A stretch of DNA of 64,000 nt from contig CAZRML010000014.1 in NCBI GenBank assembly GCA_964601205.1, positions 8,504 to 72,503 on the forward strand, given 5' to 3'. Shown here piece by piece: positions 41,041 to 50,878 of this stretch. The number at the start of each line of letters is the position of its first letter. The stretch's first letter is position 1. The notes under the pieces are model-generated. The model was not told the origin of the DNA, ran no database searches, and saw nothing but the letters and a program-made list of their open reading frames with translations. This DNA comes from an uncultured Actinomycetota bacterium (GTDB taxonomy: Bacteria; Actinomycetota; Humimicrobiia; Humimicrobiales; Humimicrobiaceae). The translations under genes were made by a program, and so were the position numbers.

Positions 41041-41081
41041 TTAAAATATTGATAGTTTCCGGGTTTTAAAATTTAATTCTT

Positions 41082-43766
41082 ATGGATGTAAGAGAAATTT
41101 TTTTAGAATATTTTGAGAAAAAAGGCCATATGGTATTACCATCCTCGGGCCTTATACCGCATAACGACAGGAGTGTACTCCTGACTACAGCAGGAATGCA
41201 GCAGTTTAAACCATACTTTCTTGGTGTAAAAAAACCACCTTCAAAAAAAATTGTTACGGTTCAGAAATGTTTCAGAACCAGCGATATAGACAGTGTTGGT
41301 TACACGGATAAACATCTTACTTTTTTTGAAATGCTGGGTAATTTTTCGTTTGGTGATTATTTTAAAAAGGAAGCAATAAATTATTCTCTTGATTTCCTTT
41401 TAAATATATTAAAAATTCCTGCAGACAGGTTAAAGGTGGCAGTTTTCAAGGGGAACGACGATATACCTGCTGATTTAGAATCGGTTAAATACTGGAAAGA
41501 GTCCGGGATAACCGGTGATAAAATATACAGGTTCGGAAAGGATGACAACTTCTGGGGCCCTGCAGGAGATACCGGACCGTGCGGCCCCTGTTCAGAGATA
41601 TATTATGATTTCGGGGAAGAATATGGCTGTGGTAAAAAAACCTGCAGTCCTAAATGCGACTGCAATAGATTTCTTGAAATCTGGAATCTTGTTTTTACAC
41701 AGTATAATTATGATGGTAAAAAATATAAGGAGCTTCCGCAAAAAAATATAGATACCGGCATGGGACTGGAAAGAATTACGGCTGTTCTTGAGGGCGTTCC
41801 TTCTGTTTTTAAAACATCTTTATTTATAGAAATAATAAGGAAAATAAAAGAATTATCCGATAAAAATAGCAGGGTAAACAAACCGGAATTTGATAGAAGT
41901 CTTAGAATAATAGCGGATCACATAAGGGCAATATACTTCTTAATTTCTGATGGTGTGGTACCTTCAAATGAGAAGAGGGGCTATATTCTGAGGAGGATAA
42001 TAAGAAGATGTATCAGGTTCGGCAGATTGATAGGAATAAAAGATTATTTTTTAAATGAAATAGGTGAAGTAGTTATAAATAAGTATTCAAAATGGTATCC
42101 GGAACTTCTGGAGAAAAAAGATTTTTCTTTTAACCTGGTAAGCGATGAAGAAAAGAGATTTACAAGAACCTTAAAGGAGGGGAATAAGGTTTTGGTCCAG
42201 AAAGTTAAGGAAATAAAGAAAGCTAAAGGAAAATATATCAATCCGGTTGATGCGTTCAGATTATATGATACATACGGGTTTCCGGTCGAGCTTACAGGAG
42301 AAATATTATCTGAGAATAAAATAAAAATTGATTTAAATAAATTTAACCGGTATTTAAAAGAGCATACCAAAAAATCAAAGGGTAAGGGTTCGCCCGGCAT
42401 TAAAGTAAATAAAGACATAGAGCTCTATGGCCCTTTAAGTAAAGAAGTGAAAGTAGAATTTTTAGGATATAACATGAGTAACCTGAAGACTGTAATTGAA
42501 AAAATAATAAAAGTTGACAGTAGTGGAAATAAAAAATTTGCCCAGCAGCTAATTGAGGGAGAAAAAGGTGAAATAACTTTAAGAAAGACCCCATTCTATG
42601 GAGAAAAAGGGGGACAGGTCGGTGATAGGGGCATCATAAAAAAAGATAGTAATATATTTAAGGTGACAGGCTGTTTTATACCTGTAGAGGGGATTTATAC
42701 CCATAAAGGTAGTATTGAAAAAGGTAAATTGAAAGTGGGAGATGAAATATTAGCAGAGGTTGATACTAAATTCAGAAAAAATGTAAGCAAAAACCATACC
42801 GCAACCCATATTCTTCACTGGGCCCTGAAAAGCATATACGGTAATGAGGTAAAACAGGCCGGTTCTTTTGTTGGAGAAGATAGATTTAGATTTGACTACT
42901 CCATCTATAATGCTCCATCAGAAAGCGATATAAAAAAAATAGAAGCCATGGTAAATGAAAAGATACAGAAAGATGATCCTGTCAGATGTTATGAGACTAC
43001 CAGGGAATATGCAGGGGAGATAGGCGCAATAGCCTTATTTGATGAAAAATATGGCAGGTTTGTAAGGGTGGTTGAAATAAATAGTTACAGCAGGGAGCTC
43101 TGCGGGGGCATTCATGTAGGGAGGACCGGTGAAATAGGTTTATTTAAGATTATTTCTGATTCAGGTACGGGAGCCAATTTAAGAAGAATAGAGGCACTGA
43201 CCGGTATACATGCTTACAGATATCTTGAGAAAAAAGACGAGATACTGAATAAAATTTCGTCCGGTCTTGAAGTTGAAGATAGCAGGATACCCGAAGCCAT
43301 TGAAAAGTTGAAAGACAACATAAAGAAAAAAGAAAATGAATTATTATTGCTTAAAATGAAGGTCGCAAAGAGGGAAATAATTGAAAAGTCAGGATTCAGG
43401 CCTTCGGATAACGGTTTGAAGATAATTGATTATGATTTTTCAAACTCTGATTTATTATATGATATGGGGATAAGTGGTATAGGGAAAGTAGGAGACTGGA
43501 TAATAGATTATTTCAGGGGATTAAATACTTTTTTAATTTTTGGAAGCAGAGTGAATAATAAATCTGTTTTAGTATTAAATTCAACAGGAGACCTGTCAGC
43601 CAGAGGAGTAGACTGTGGCAAAATTGCCGCCGAGATTGGTAAACAGTTAAAAGGTGGGGGAGGAGGAAAGGCTCAATATGCACAGATGGGTTTTTCCGAC
43701 AGGAATACAGGAAAAGCAATTAAGATGGTAAAGGACAGGGTTTTAGACATATTAAAAGATAAATAA
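41082..43766 (+). CDS. alaS: Alanine--tRNA ligase
   Basis: FFEMLGNFSFGDYFK, the editing-domain HTATHIL and the C-terminal DHHA1-like GGGGGK are present. Confidence 0.95.
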   Translation: MDVREIFLEYFEKKGHMVLPSSGLIPHNDRSVLLTTAGMQQFKPYFLGVKKPPSKKIVTVQKCFRTSDIDSVGYTDKHLTFFEMLGNFSFGDYFKKEAINYSLDFLLNILKIPADRLKVAVFKGNDDIPADLESVKYWKESGITGDKIYRFGKDDNFWGPAGDTGPCGPCSEIYYDFGEEYGCGKKTCSPKCDCNRFLEIWNLVFTQYNYDGKKYKELPQKNIDTGMGLERITAVLEGVPSVFKTSLFIEIIRKIKELSDKNSRVNKPEFDRSLRIIADHIRAIYFLISDGVVPSNEKRGYILRRIIRRCIRFGRLIGIKDYFLNEIGEVVINKYSKWYPELLEKKDFSFNLVSDEEKRFTRTLKEGNKVLVQKVKEIKKAKGKYINPVDAFRLYDTYGFPVELTGEILSENKIKIDLNKFNRYLKEHTKKSKGKGSPGIKVNKDIELYGPLSKEVKVEFLGYNMSNLKTVIEKIIKVDSSGNKKFAQQLIEGEKGEITLRKTPFYGEKGGQVGDRGIIKKDSNIFKVTGCFIPVEGIYTHKGSIEKGKLKVGDEILAEVDTKFRKNVSKNHTATHILHWALKSIYGNEVKQAGSFVGEDRFRFDYSIYNAPSESDIKKIEAMVNEKIQKDDPVRCYETTREYAGEIGAIALFDEKYGRFVRVVEINSYSRELCGGIHVGRTGEIGLFKIISDSGTGANLRRIEALTGIHAYRYLEKKDEILNKISSGLEVEDSRIPEAIEKLKDNIKKKENELLLLKMKVAKREIIEKSGFRPSDNGLKIIDYDFSNSDLLYDMGISGIGKVGDWIIDYFRGLNTFLIFGSRVNNKSVLVLNSTGDLSARGVDCGKIAAEIGKQLKGGGGGKAQYAQMGFSDRNTGKAIKMVKDRVLDILKDK

Positions 43767-43771
43767 AAAAT

Positions 43772-44182
43772 ATGAGAATCCTTGGACTGGATATTGGAGA
43801 TAAGAGAATAGGTGTTGCCGTATCAGATGAAATGGAGATTCTATCAATGCCCCTTGAAGTGATAGAAAATGATGAAAAAATAGAAGAAGAGCTTAAAGAA
43901 GTTATAAATAAATACAATATAAAGAAAATAGTTGTGGGGATACCGTATACACTTAAAGGTGAAGTCGGGAGCCAGGCTAAAAAGGTTATTGATTTTATTG
44001 AAAATGTATTGGTAAAAATGGGTATTGAGATTGATTATATTGATGAGAGGTACACTACAAAAATACCGTTAAGAAATCTTAATAAATATAAAAAAAATAA
44101 TAAAAATAAACAGATTGATAAATACTCAGCGTGTATAATACTTGAGGATTATCTTAATAGAAATAAAGAGGATAAATCGTAA
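43772..44182 (+). CDS. ruvX: YqgF/RuvX putative pre-16S rRNA nuclease
   Basis: ILGLDIGDKRIGVAVSD is present, and the gene follows alaS as in Bacillus yrrK. Confidence 0.9.
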   Translation: MRILGLDIGDKRIGVAVSDEMEILSMPLEVIENDEKIEEELKEVINKYNIKKIVVGIPYTLKGEVGSQAKKVIDFIENVLVKMGIEIDYIDERYTTKIPLRNLNKYKKNNKNKQIDKYSACIILEDYLNRNKEDKS

Positions 44183-44224
44183 AAACAATTAAATGCAGTG
44201 AATAAAAATGGGATTATATAAAAA

Positions 44225-45250
44225 ATGGATGTAAAAAATAAATATAAGAAAATTTTTATATTTATTCCGGTGGTCATATTTTTGTTTATATTATCGGTTA
44301 TGGCTGTGTCCTGTAATTTTTTTGATACCGTTGAAGATAGCGAGCCCACGTCAGGGGTAGATGTTGAATTTGAGATAAAAGAAGGGATGACCTTAAAAGA
44401 AATTGCTTCTCTTCTGGAAGAAAAAAATATAGTAGACAATGCTTTCTTATTTAGATTATTTGTTGAACAGAGGGGAGAGGAGAAAAGCCTGATACCGGGA
44501 ATTTATGTTATGAAGACGGGTTCTGAATATGAAGAAGTGCTAAACGGGATAACTGCAGGTACGCCGGTAGTAACTTATAAATTGGGCATTCCGGAAGGTT
44601 ATACGGTAAAGCAAATAATAGACAGGACAGCCGGAGAAATACCCTTTATAGAATATGAAGAACTGGAAAGGGTAAACGATATAAGCAATTATAATTATAA
44701 TTATTTGAAAGAAGCTACCAGCCTGGAGGGATTTCTGTTCCCCAAGACATATGAAATAACTATCGATTATTCCGCAAAAGATGTTATTGAAATGATGCTT
44801 GCCCAGTACCAGGTGGAGACGGTTAATCTGGATTACTCCTATGCGGTAGAGAAGGGTCTGTCAAATTATGACGTTTTGAAGATAGCTTCAATGATTGAGA
44901 GGGAAGCTTATGTTCCCGAAGAAAGAGCTTTAATTTCTGCGGTTATTCATAACAGGCTTGACATTGATATGAAACTGGATATAGATGCTATTCTCTGTTA
45001 TTACCTTGATAAATGGGATGAAGGTTTAACCGAAGAGGATAAAAAAGTTGACTCGCCCTATAATACATATATGTATTCCGGCCTACCGCCCACCCCCATC
45101 TGCAATCCGGGTATTGCAGCAATTGAAGCGGCGTTAAATCCTGCTGATGTTGACTACTTATATTTTGTGGTAACTGATAGCGAAAAACATATTCATTCCT
45201 TTGCATCAAACCTACAGGAACATGAAAAAAATAGAAGCAACGCAAAATAA
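44225..45250 (+). CDS. mltG: Endolytic murein transglycosylase MltG (YceG-like)
   Basis: An N-terminal TM segment and SPYNTYMYSGLPPTPICNPG are present. Confidence 0.9.
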   Translation: MDVKNKYKKIFIFIPVVIFLFILSVMAVSCNFFDTVEDSEPTSGVDVEFEIKEGMTLKEIASLLEEKNIVDNAFLFRLFVEQRGEEKSLIPGIYVMKTGSEYEEVLNGITAGTPVVTYKLGIPEGYTVKQIIDRTAGEIPFIEYEELERVNDISNYNYNYLKEATSLEGFLFPKTYEITIDYSAKDVIEMMLAQYQVETVNLDYSYAVEKGLSNYDVLKIASMIEREAYVPEERALISAVIHNRLDIDMKLDIDAILCYYLDKWDEGLTEEDKKVDSPYNTYMYSGLPPTPICNPGIAAIEAALNPADVDYLYFVVTDSEKHIHSFASNLQEHEKNRSNAK

Positions 45251-45869
45251 TTTATTAAAGCCCTGCCTTGAAGAAATAAAATTATTGGATAGCCTTTTTA
45301 AAAAAGCGCAACAGAAAAAAATTCCTGTAGTTGATAAGGATACAGGAAGGTTTCTGGAAATAGTCAGCCTGATTAGAAAACCGGAAAATATCCTGGAAAT
45401 TGGGTGCGGTATTGGATTTTCATCCTACTTTATAATAAAAAATTTAAAAGGAGGAAATTATACCGGCGTAGATCTTAATAAGGAAAGATTAAAAAAAGCC
45501 GAAAAATTTATAAAAGGAAAATTTCCAGGGGAAAAATGCAAATTTCTGGCGGGCAACGCATTAAAAATTATTCCGGAAATTGAACCTAAATTTGATATGA
45601 TTTTTATAGATGGGGCAAAATATGAATATCTTTCTTATCTTAAAGCTGTGGAGGGTAAACTTAATCCAGGAGCATTGATTATTGCGGATAATATATTTTA
45701 CAGAGGCCTGATATTTAAAAAGAAGGTAAGCGTTCATGACTGTAACAGTGTCAATGGTATAAAGGAATATATAAAATATATAAACGGAAACAAATATTTT
45801 GAAAGCTATTTTTTTGATATAGGTGATGGTATATCGGTTACAAAATTTCTGAGTGATTATTTTAAATAA
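45222..45869 (+). CDS. trmR: Class I SAM-dependent O-methyltransferase, YrrM/TrmR-like
   Basis: SAM motif ILEIGCGIGFS and FDMIFIDGAK are present. The position between mltG and the U32 gene equals B. subtilis yrrM. ATG 45222 is preferred to TTG 45201. Confidence 0.75.
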   Translation: MKKIEATQNNLLKPCLEEIKLLDSLFKKAQQKKIPVVDKDTGRFLEIVSLIRKPENILEIGCGIGFSSYFIIKNLKGGNYTGVDLNKERLKKAEKFIKGKFPGEKCKFLAGNALKIIPEIEPKFDMIFIDGAKYEYLSYLKAVEGKLNPGALIIADNIFYRGLIFKKKVSVHDCNSVNGIKEYIKYINGNKYFESYFFDIGDGISVTKFLSDYFK

Positions 45870-45873
45870 AAAA

Positions 45874-47103
45874 ATGCAAAGAGATAAAAAAATACCAGAA
45901 CTTCTGGTTCCTGCCAATAATTTAAATATATTAAAATATGCGGTTAATTATGGCGCCGATGCCGTTTATGTTGGAGGAAAGAAGTTAAATTTAAGAAGCA
46001 TCAGGGGTAATTTTACAGTTAAGGAATTAAAAAGGGGAGTAAGTTATGCTCATGAGTATGGAGTAAAAGTATATTTTACCCTTAATTCAATAATAAGCGA
46101 AAGTGAAATTACCGGGGCCGAAAAGTATTTAAAAAGAATAAAGGATATTGATATTGACGGAATTATAGTAGCTGATTTTGGAGCTCTGGAGCTTGTGCGT
46201 AAAATTTTACCCGGGAAGAAGATACATATGAGCACACAGATTAATTTAAATAACCACATTGCAGTAAAATTTTTTGAAAAAATAGGAGTGGAAAGAGTAA
46301 ATCTTGCAAGAGAAATAAGTTTTTCGGATTTAAATAAAATTATAAGAGAAACAAATATTGAGCTGGAGATATTCATACACGGAGCATTGTGCATATCTTA
46401 TTCAGGTAGATGCATGCTGAGCAAGTATATGACAGGGCGGGATGCAAATAAGGGAAGATGTGCGCAGAGCTGCAGGTGGAAATATTATTTAATGGAAGAA
46501 GAAAGACCGAATATGTTTTTTCCTATAGAGCAGTATAAAGAAGGAACATTTATTTATAATTCAAGGGATCTGTGTCTTCTGGGAAGATTAAATGAACTTG
46601 TGGATACTGGAGTCAGCGCATTTAAGATAGAAGGAAGAATGAAAACAGAAAACTATGTAAGTGTGACAACATGGGCGTACAGAAAGGCGCTTGATTATGT
46701 AAAACAGGGAATTCTTGATGATGATAAAATATCTTATCTAAAAAATGAGCTTGAAAAGTGCTCCCACAGGAATTTTACAGAAGGATTCATGTTCCTGAAA
46801 GAAAGAAGTGAACTTGAAGATAATGATAATGTTGGCTATATAAAAAAATATAGATTTATAGGTGTATACCATGATTATAGTGAGAAGCATGATGGGCCAA
46901 TCATAAAGGTAAAAAATCAGTTTGTTAAGGGCGAAACAATTGATGTGCTGCAACCCTACAGGGAACCCTTAAGATTCAGTGTAAAAAAAATATTATCTGT
47001 GGCCGATGAAAGGGAAATAAAATGCGCTAATCCCAATGACCTGGTAATAATTTGCGGGCCTGGAAGGTTGGATCCCTATTCAATTTTTAGAATTAAAGCA
47101 TGA
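45874..47103 (+). CDS. Peptidase U32 family protein (YrrO/TrhP-like tRNA hydroxylation factor)
   Basis: PELLVPANNLNILKYAVNYGADAVYVGG and the U32 signature E..IHGALC.SYSGRC are present. ATG 45874 is preferred to the track start. Confidence 0.85.
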   Translation: MQRDKKIPELLVPANNLNILKYAVNYGADAVYVGGKKLNLRSIRGNFTVKELKRGVSYAHEYGVKVYFTLNSIISESEITGAEKYLKRIKDIDIDGIIVADFGALELVRKILPGKKIHMSTQINLNNHIAVKFFEKIGVERVNLAREISFSDLNKIIRETNIELEIFIHGALCISYSGRCMLSKYMTGRDANKGRCAQSCRWKYYLMEEERPNMFFPIEQYKEGTFIYNSRDLCLLGRLNELVDTGVSAFKIEGRMKTENYVSVTTWAYRKALDYVKQGILDDDKISYLKNELEKCSHRNFTEGFMFLKERSELEDNDNVGYIKKYRFIGVYHDYSEKHDGPIIKVKNQFVKGETIDVLQPYREPLRFSVKKILSVADEREIKCANPNDLVIICGPGRLDPYSIFRIKA

Positions 47104-47227
47104 ATTATTTTTATTTTTGTTTTTAAAGGTTTCATGTTTTAAAAATATAATAAAATTAATATAAATCTGAGAAGTTGAAAATATAAAAATTTTTTAGTAT
47201 TATTATTATAAATAAATTAAAAGATAT

Positions 47228-47512
47228 ATGACTGAAAATATTAAAACATACAGGACAGTACTGTCAGGCAGGGTTCAGGGTGTGGGATTCAGGTTCTATG
47301 TTGAGTCAGCAGCAGAAAGATATAATATTAAAGGTTATGTAAAGAATACAATTGATGGCAGAGTGGAAACGGTATGTCAGGGAAGAGAAAAAGACCTGAA
47401 GATATTCATGGATAAAATAAAAAATGGTCCTTCTTTATCATATGTAAACGAAATAAAAATTGAAGAAATTAATGATAGCAGGGAATATAATAAATTTGAA
47501 ATAAAATTTTAG
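47228..47512 (+). CDS. acyP: Acylphosphatase
   Basis: The 94-aa product carries LSGRVQGVGFRFY. Confidence 0.85.
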   Translation: MTENIKTYRTVLSGRVQGVGFRFYVESAAERYNIKGYVKNTIDGRVETVCQGREKDLKIFMDKIKNGPSLSYVNEIKIEEINDSREYNKFEIKF

Positions 47513-47557
47513 AAAAGTAAATGTAACAATTTAACATAGTAAAAATGTGGTTTAAAA

Positions 47558-48436
47558 ATGATTGGTGCTAAAACAAGTGTGGTAGCTTTGATAGGAAACC
47601 CGGTGAGACACAGTCACTCTCCGGCAATACAAAATTTTTTTATAAAAAAATATTCTCTGGATGCAGTTTATCTTGCATTTGAATTCAGTGAAAAAAATTT
47701 AAAAAAAGCATTTAATGGTGCAGGGAAACTGGGGTTTGAAGGCTTGAATGTAACCATGCCCTATAAGGAAAAAATATCAGGCATGGTTGATAAAAAAGAT
47801 AGTATAGCCCGGGGGACAAATTCGGTTAACACGGTAAAGTTTGATAAAAAAAAAGAAATTTCAATCGGCTTCAATACTGATGTGATGGGGTTTTTAAAAC
47901 CGCTGGACAAAAAGAATTTTAGCTGGACTGAAAGCAGGTGCCTGGTGATAGGGGCAGGCGGTGCAGCAAGAAGCGCAATCTATGGGATGGTGTTAAAGAA
48001 GGTAAAGAAAATATGGGTGTATAACAGAACAAGAGAAAAGGTAAGAAAAATAATAAAAGATTTTAAAACTAATCCGGATAATTTAATAGAGCCTCTTGAT
48101 AGCATATCTGAGCCGGGGGGAAAAGTTGATGACGCTGATTTAATTGTTAACTGCACGCCTGTAGGAATGAATATAAACTCTTACCGGAATTTGATACCTT
48201 TACCAGAAAAGTGTAATTTAAAAGGTAAGTTTGTATTTGATATGGTTTATGATCCTGTGGAAACACTTTTAATAAAAAAAGCCAGAAGGGAAGGAGCAGA
48301 GGCTGTAAGGGGAATTGATTTACTGGTGAACCAGGCTGCATTATCTTTTAAAATATGGTTCGGGATATTACCGGAAGATGACTTCATAGAGGAAATAAAG
48401 AACAGGATTTTAACGAGAATATCAAAAAAAGATTAA
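47558..48436 (+). CDS. aroE: Shikimate dehydrogenase
   Basis: LIGNPVRHSHSPAIQN, NVTMPYK and GAGGAARS are present. Confidence 0.9.
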   Translation: MIGAKTSVVALIGNPVRHSHSPAIQNFFIKKYSLDAVYLAFEFSEKNLKKAFNGAGKLGFEGLNVTMPYKEKISGMVDKKDSIARGTNSVNTVKFDKKKEISIGFNTDVMGFLKPLDKKNFSWTESRCLVIGAGGAARSAIYGMVLKKVKKIWVYNRTREKVRKIIKDFKTNPDNLIEPLDSISEPGGKVDDADLIVNCTPVGMNINSYRNLIPLPEKCNLKGKFVFDMVYDPVETLLIKKARREGAEAVRGIDLLVNQAALSFKIWFGILPEDDFIEEIKNRILTRISKKD

Positions 48437-48513
48437 AATAATGGATATTAACAAATTAAAAAAATAATATAAAATAAATAGAACACAATAAAAGAAAAAT
48501 AGATGGAGATAAG

Positions 48514-49572
48514 ATGAACATAAATGATATTTTACTTGAGGCCATAAATGTAAATGCATCGGATGTGCATATTGTATGTGTCCTCCCCCCTATATTCAGG
48601 ATACACGGAAAGCTGGTAAAGTTAGAAAAATTTGGAGATATTACTCCTGAACTGGCAGAAAAAATTCTGGTCAGGATATTAAATGAAGAACAAATAAAAA
48701 GATTAAAGGAAGGACTTTCTGTTGATTTCTCTCATACTATACCGGGCCATGGAAGATTCAGATGCAGTTATTATTATCAGAGAAACACACTTGCAGCCGC
48801 TTTTAGATACATATCAAGAGGAATTCCGTCTGTTGAAGAACTCGGTTTACCCCTGCAGATTAAAGAATTTGCAAAATATCCGAGGGGTCTTGTGCTGGTT
48901 ACCGGCCCCACCGGTTGCGGTAAGTCAACGACACTTGCGTCCATAATTGAGATAATAAATCAGAACAGGTCCGAAAATATAATAACCGTGGAAGACCCAA
49001 TAGAGTATCTGTTTACACATAAAAAAAGCATAATATCCCAGAGGGAAATATTGACGGATGCCCATTCATTTGCAGATGCCCTTAAATATGTTTTGAGGGA
49101 AGACCCAGATGTTATAATGGTGGGAGAGATGAGGGACCTGGAGACAATATCAAGCACCCTTACTGCTGCAGAAACCGGCCACCTTGTTTTTTCTACTCTT
49201 CATACCCAGGACGCGCCCCAGACCATTGACAGAATAATAGATGTATTTCCAACTCATCAGCAAAGGCAGGTAAGGGCCCAGCTTGCCGGAACTTTAAAAG
49301 CAGTGCTGGTGCAACAGTTATTAACTACAAGAGAGGGTGATGGAAGGGTACCCGCAACAGAGCTTATGTTCGTTAACGATGCCATAAAAAATATGATAAG
49401 AGAAGTAAAGGTGCACCAGATTTATTCATCAATACAGGCCAGCGGCAGGAGGGGTATGATGACCATGGATATGTCCCTGGTAAACCTGTATAAGGCAGGG
49501 AAGATTTCAGATAGTATGGCGCTGGAAAAGGCACACAGCGTAGAAGAGGTAAGAAGAATGATTAATGTCTAA
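48514..49572 (+). CDS. pilT: Type IV pilus retraction ATPase PilT
   Basis: The 352-aa product has ASDVHI, Walker A GPTGCGKST and the PilT-specific AIKNMIRE (AIRNLIRE-type) motif. Confidence 0.9.
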   Translation: MNINDILLEAINVNASDVHIVCVLPPIFRIHGKLVKLEKFGDITPELAEKILVRILNEEQIKRLKEGLSVDFSHTIPGHGRFRCSYYYQRNTLAAAFRYISRGIPSVEELGLPLQIKEFAKYPRGLVLVTGPTGCGKSTTLASIIEIINQNRSENIITVEDPIEYLFTHKKSIISQREILTDAHSFADALKYVLREDPDVIMVGEMRDLETISSTLTAAETGHLVFSTLHTQDAPQTIDRIIDVFPTHQQRQVRAQLAGTLKAVLVQQLLTTREGDGRVPATELMFVNDAIKNMIREVKVHQIYSSIQASGRRGMMTMDMSLVNLYKAGKISDSMALEKAHSVEEVRRMINV

Positions 49573-49606
49573 TTGTTTTTAGAGTCAATAAAAAAGGATT
49601 TTAATT

Positions 49607-50836
49607 ATGACAGTATACAACTATACGGTTAGAGATTTAAAAGGTGAGTCAATTAAAGGTTCCATAGATGCCGAAACACAGGATATTGTTGAATCAAAGC
49701 TAAAGGACATGGGCTATTTTATAATTAATATTGATAAAGTAAAAGAAGAGAGGAAGCTCAAGTTAAAAGGCTCTTCGGAAGGTTTTAGTTTTTTCAACCG
49801 TATAAAAATAAGAGATATGGTTATTTTCACCAGGCAGTTTTCTACCCTTATATCTTCGGGAATGTCTCTGCTTGAATCACTTATTGTTCTTGAAAGGCAA
49901 ACCGCAAATCTTAAGTTAAAAAAAATAATTTCAGAAATAAGGGTATACGTGGAATCGGGACATTCACTATCAGAATCAATGGAAAATCACCCTAAAGTTT
50001 TTAGCAGGTTATATATTAGCCTGATAAGAGCAGGAGAGGCTGGAGGCGTGCTTGATAGGACCATGAATGACCTGGCAAGTTTCCTTGAAAGAGAAGAGGA
50101 GCTGAGATTAACAATAAGAAATAAAACGGCTTATCCAAAATTTATTCTGGTTTTTGCTGCAATTATATCTATTGTAATGATAGTATTTCTGGTTCCTACT
50201 TTTGAAGGTATATATGAAGAGCTGGGAGCAGAGCTTCCGGGAATCACAAAAGCGGTGATGGCGGTAGGCGGTTTATTTAAAAATATATATTTTTACATTA
50301 TTCTGGCAGTGGTTGTATTTGGTGGAAGATATTTGTTTAAAAAATTTGTTAGTTCAAAAAAGGGAAGACACATAATGGATAGTATAAAAATTAATTTGCC
50401 GAAATTTGGTGATCTCTTTAGAAAAATGTCGCTGGCAAGATTTGCGAGACATTTTGGGATATTGCTTGCCACAGGGGTTCCTATATTAAATTCACTGGAA
50501 ATTGCAAAGGGAGTTGCGGATAATGTTATTATTGATGAAGCACTTGAAGAGATAAGGAACAGTATAAGAGAAGGAGAAAATATTTCTGATCCCATGTCAG
50601 AAATGTCTATTTTCCCTGATATGATGGTACAGATGATAGGGGTTGGGGAAAGGACCGGTACACTGGATAGCATTTCAAGTAAAATTGCAGATTTTTATGA
50701 TAACGAAGTGGCAAATACCATAGATATGCTGGTAACTGTTCTTGAACCCCTGATGCTTCTGTTTGTAGCGGGGTTTATAGGGATAATTGTAATATCAATG
50801 TATCTTCCGATGTTTAATATATACCAGGCAATGTAA
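49607..50836 (+). CDS. pilC: Type IV pilus platform protein PilC (GspF family)
   Basis: The product shows the two-fold repeated GspF architecture and is 409 aa. Confidence 0.9.
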   Translation: MTVYNYTVRDLKGESIKGSIDAETQDIVESKLKDMGYFIINIDKVKEERKLKLKGSSEGFSFFNRIKIRDMVIFTRQFSTLISSGMSLLESLIVLERQTANLKLKKIISEIRVYVESGHSLSESMENHPKVFSRLYISLIRAGEAGGVLDRTMNDLASFLEREEELRLTIRNKTAYPKFILVFAAIISIVMIVFLVPTFEGIYEELGAELPGITKAVMAVGGLFKNIYFYIILAVVVFGGRYLFKKFVSSKKGRHIMDSIKINLPKFGDLFRKMSLARFARHFGILLATGVPILNSLEIAKGVADNVIIDEALEEIRNSIREGENISDPMSEMSIFPDMMVQMIGVGERTGTLDSISSKIADFYDNEVANTIDMLVTVLEPLMLLFVAGFIGIIVISMYLPMFNIYQAM

Positions 50837-50878
50837 AATTAATAAAATATTTTTTAATAGAATTATTCAGATTTAATC

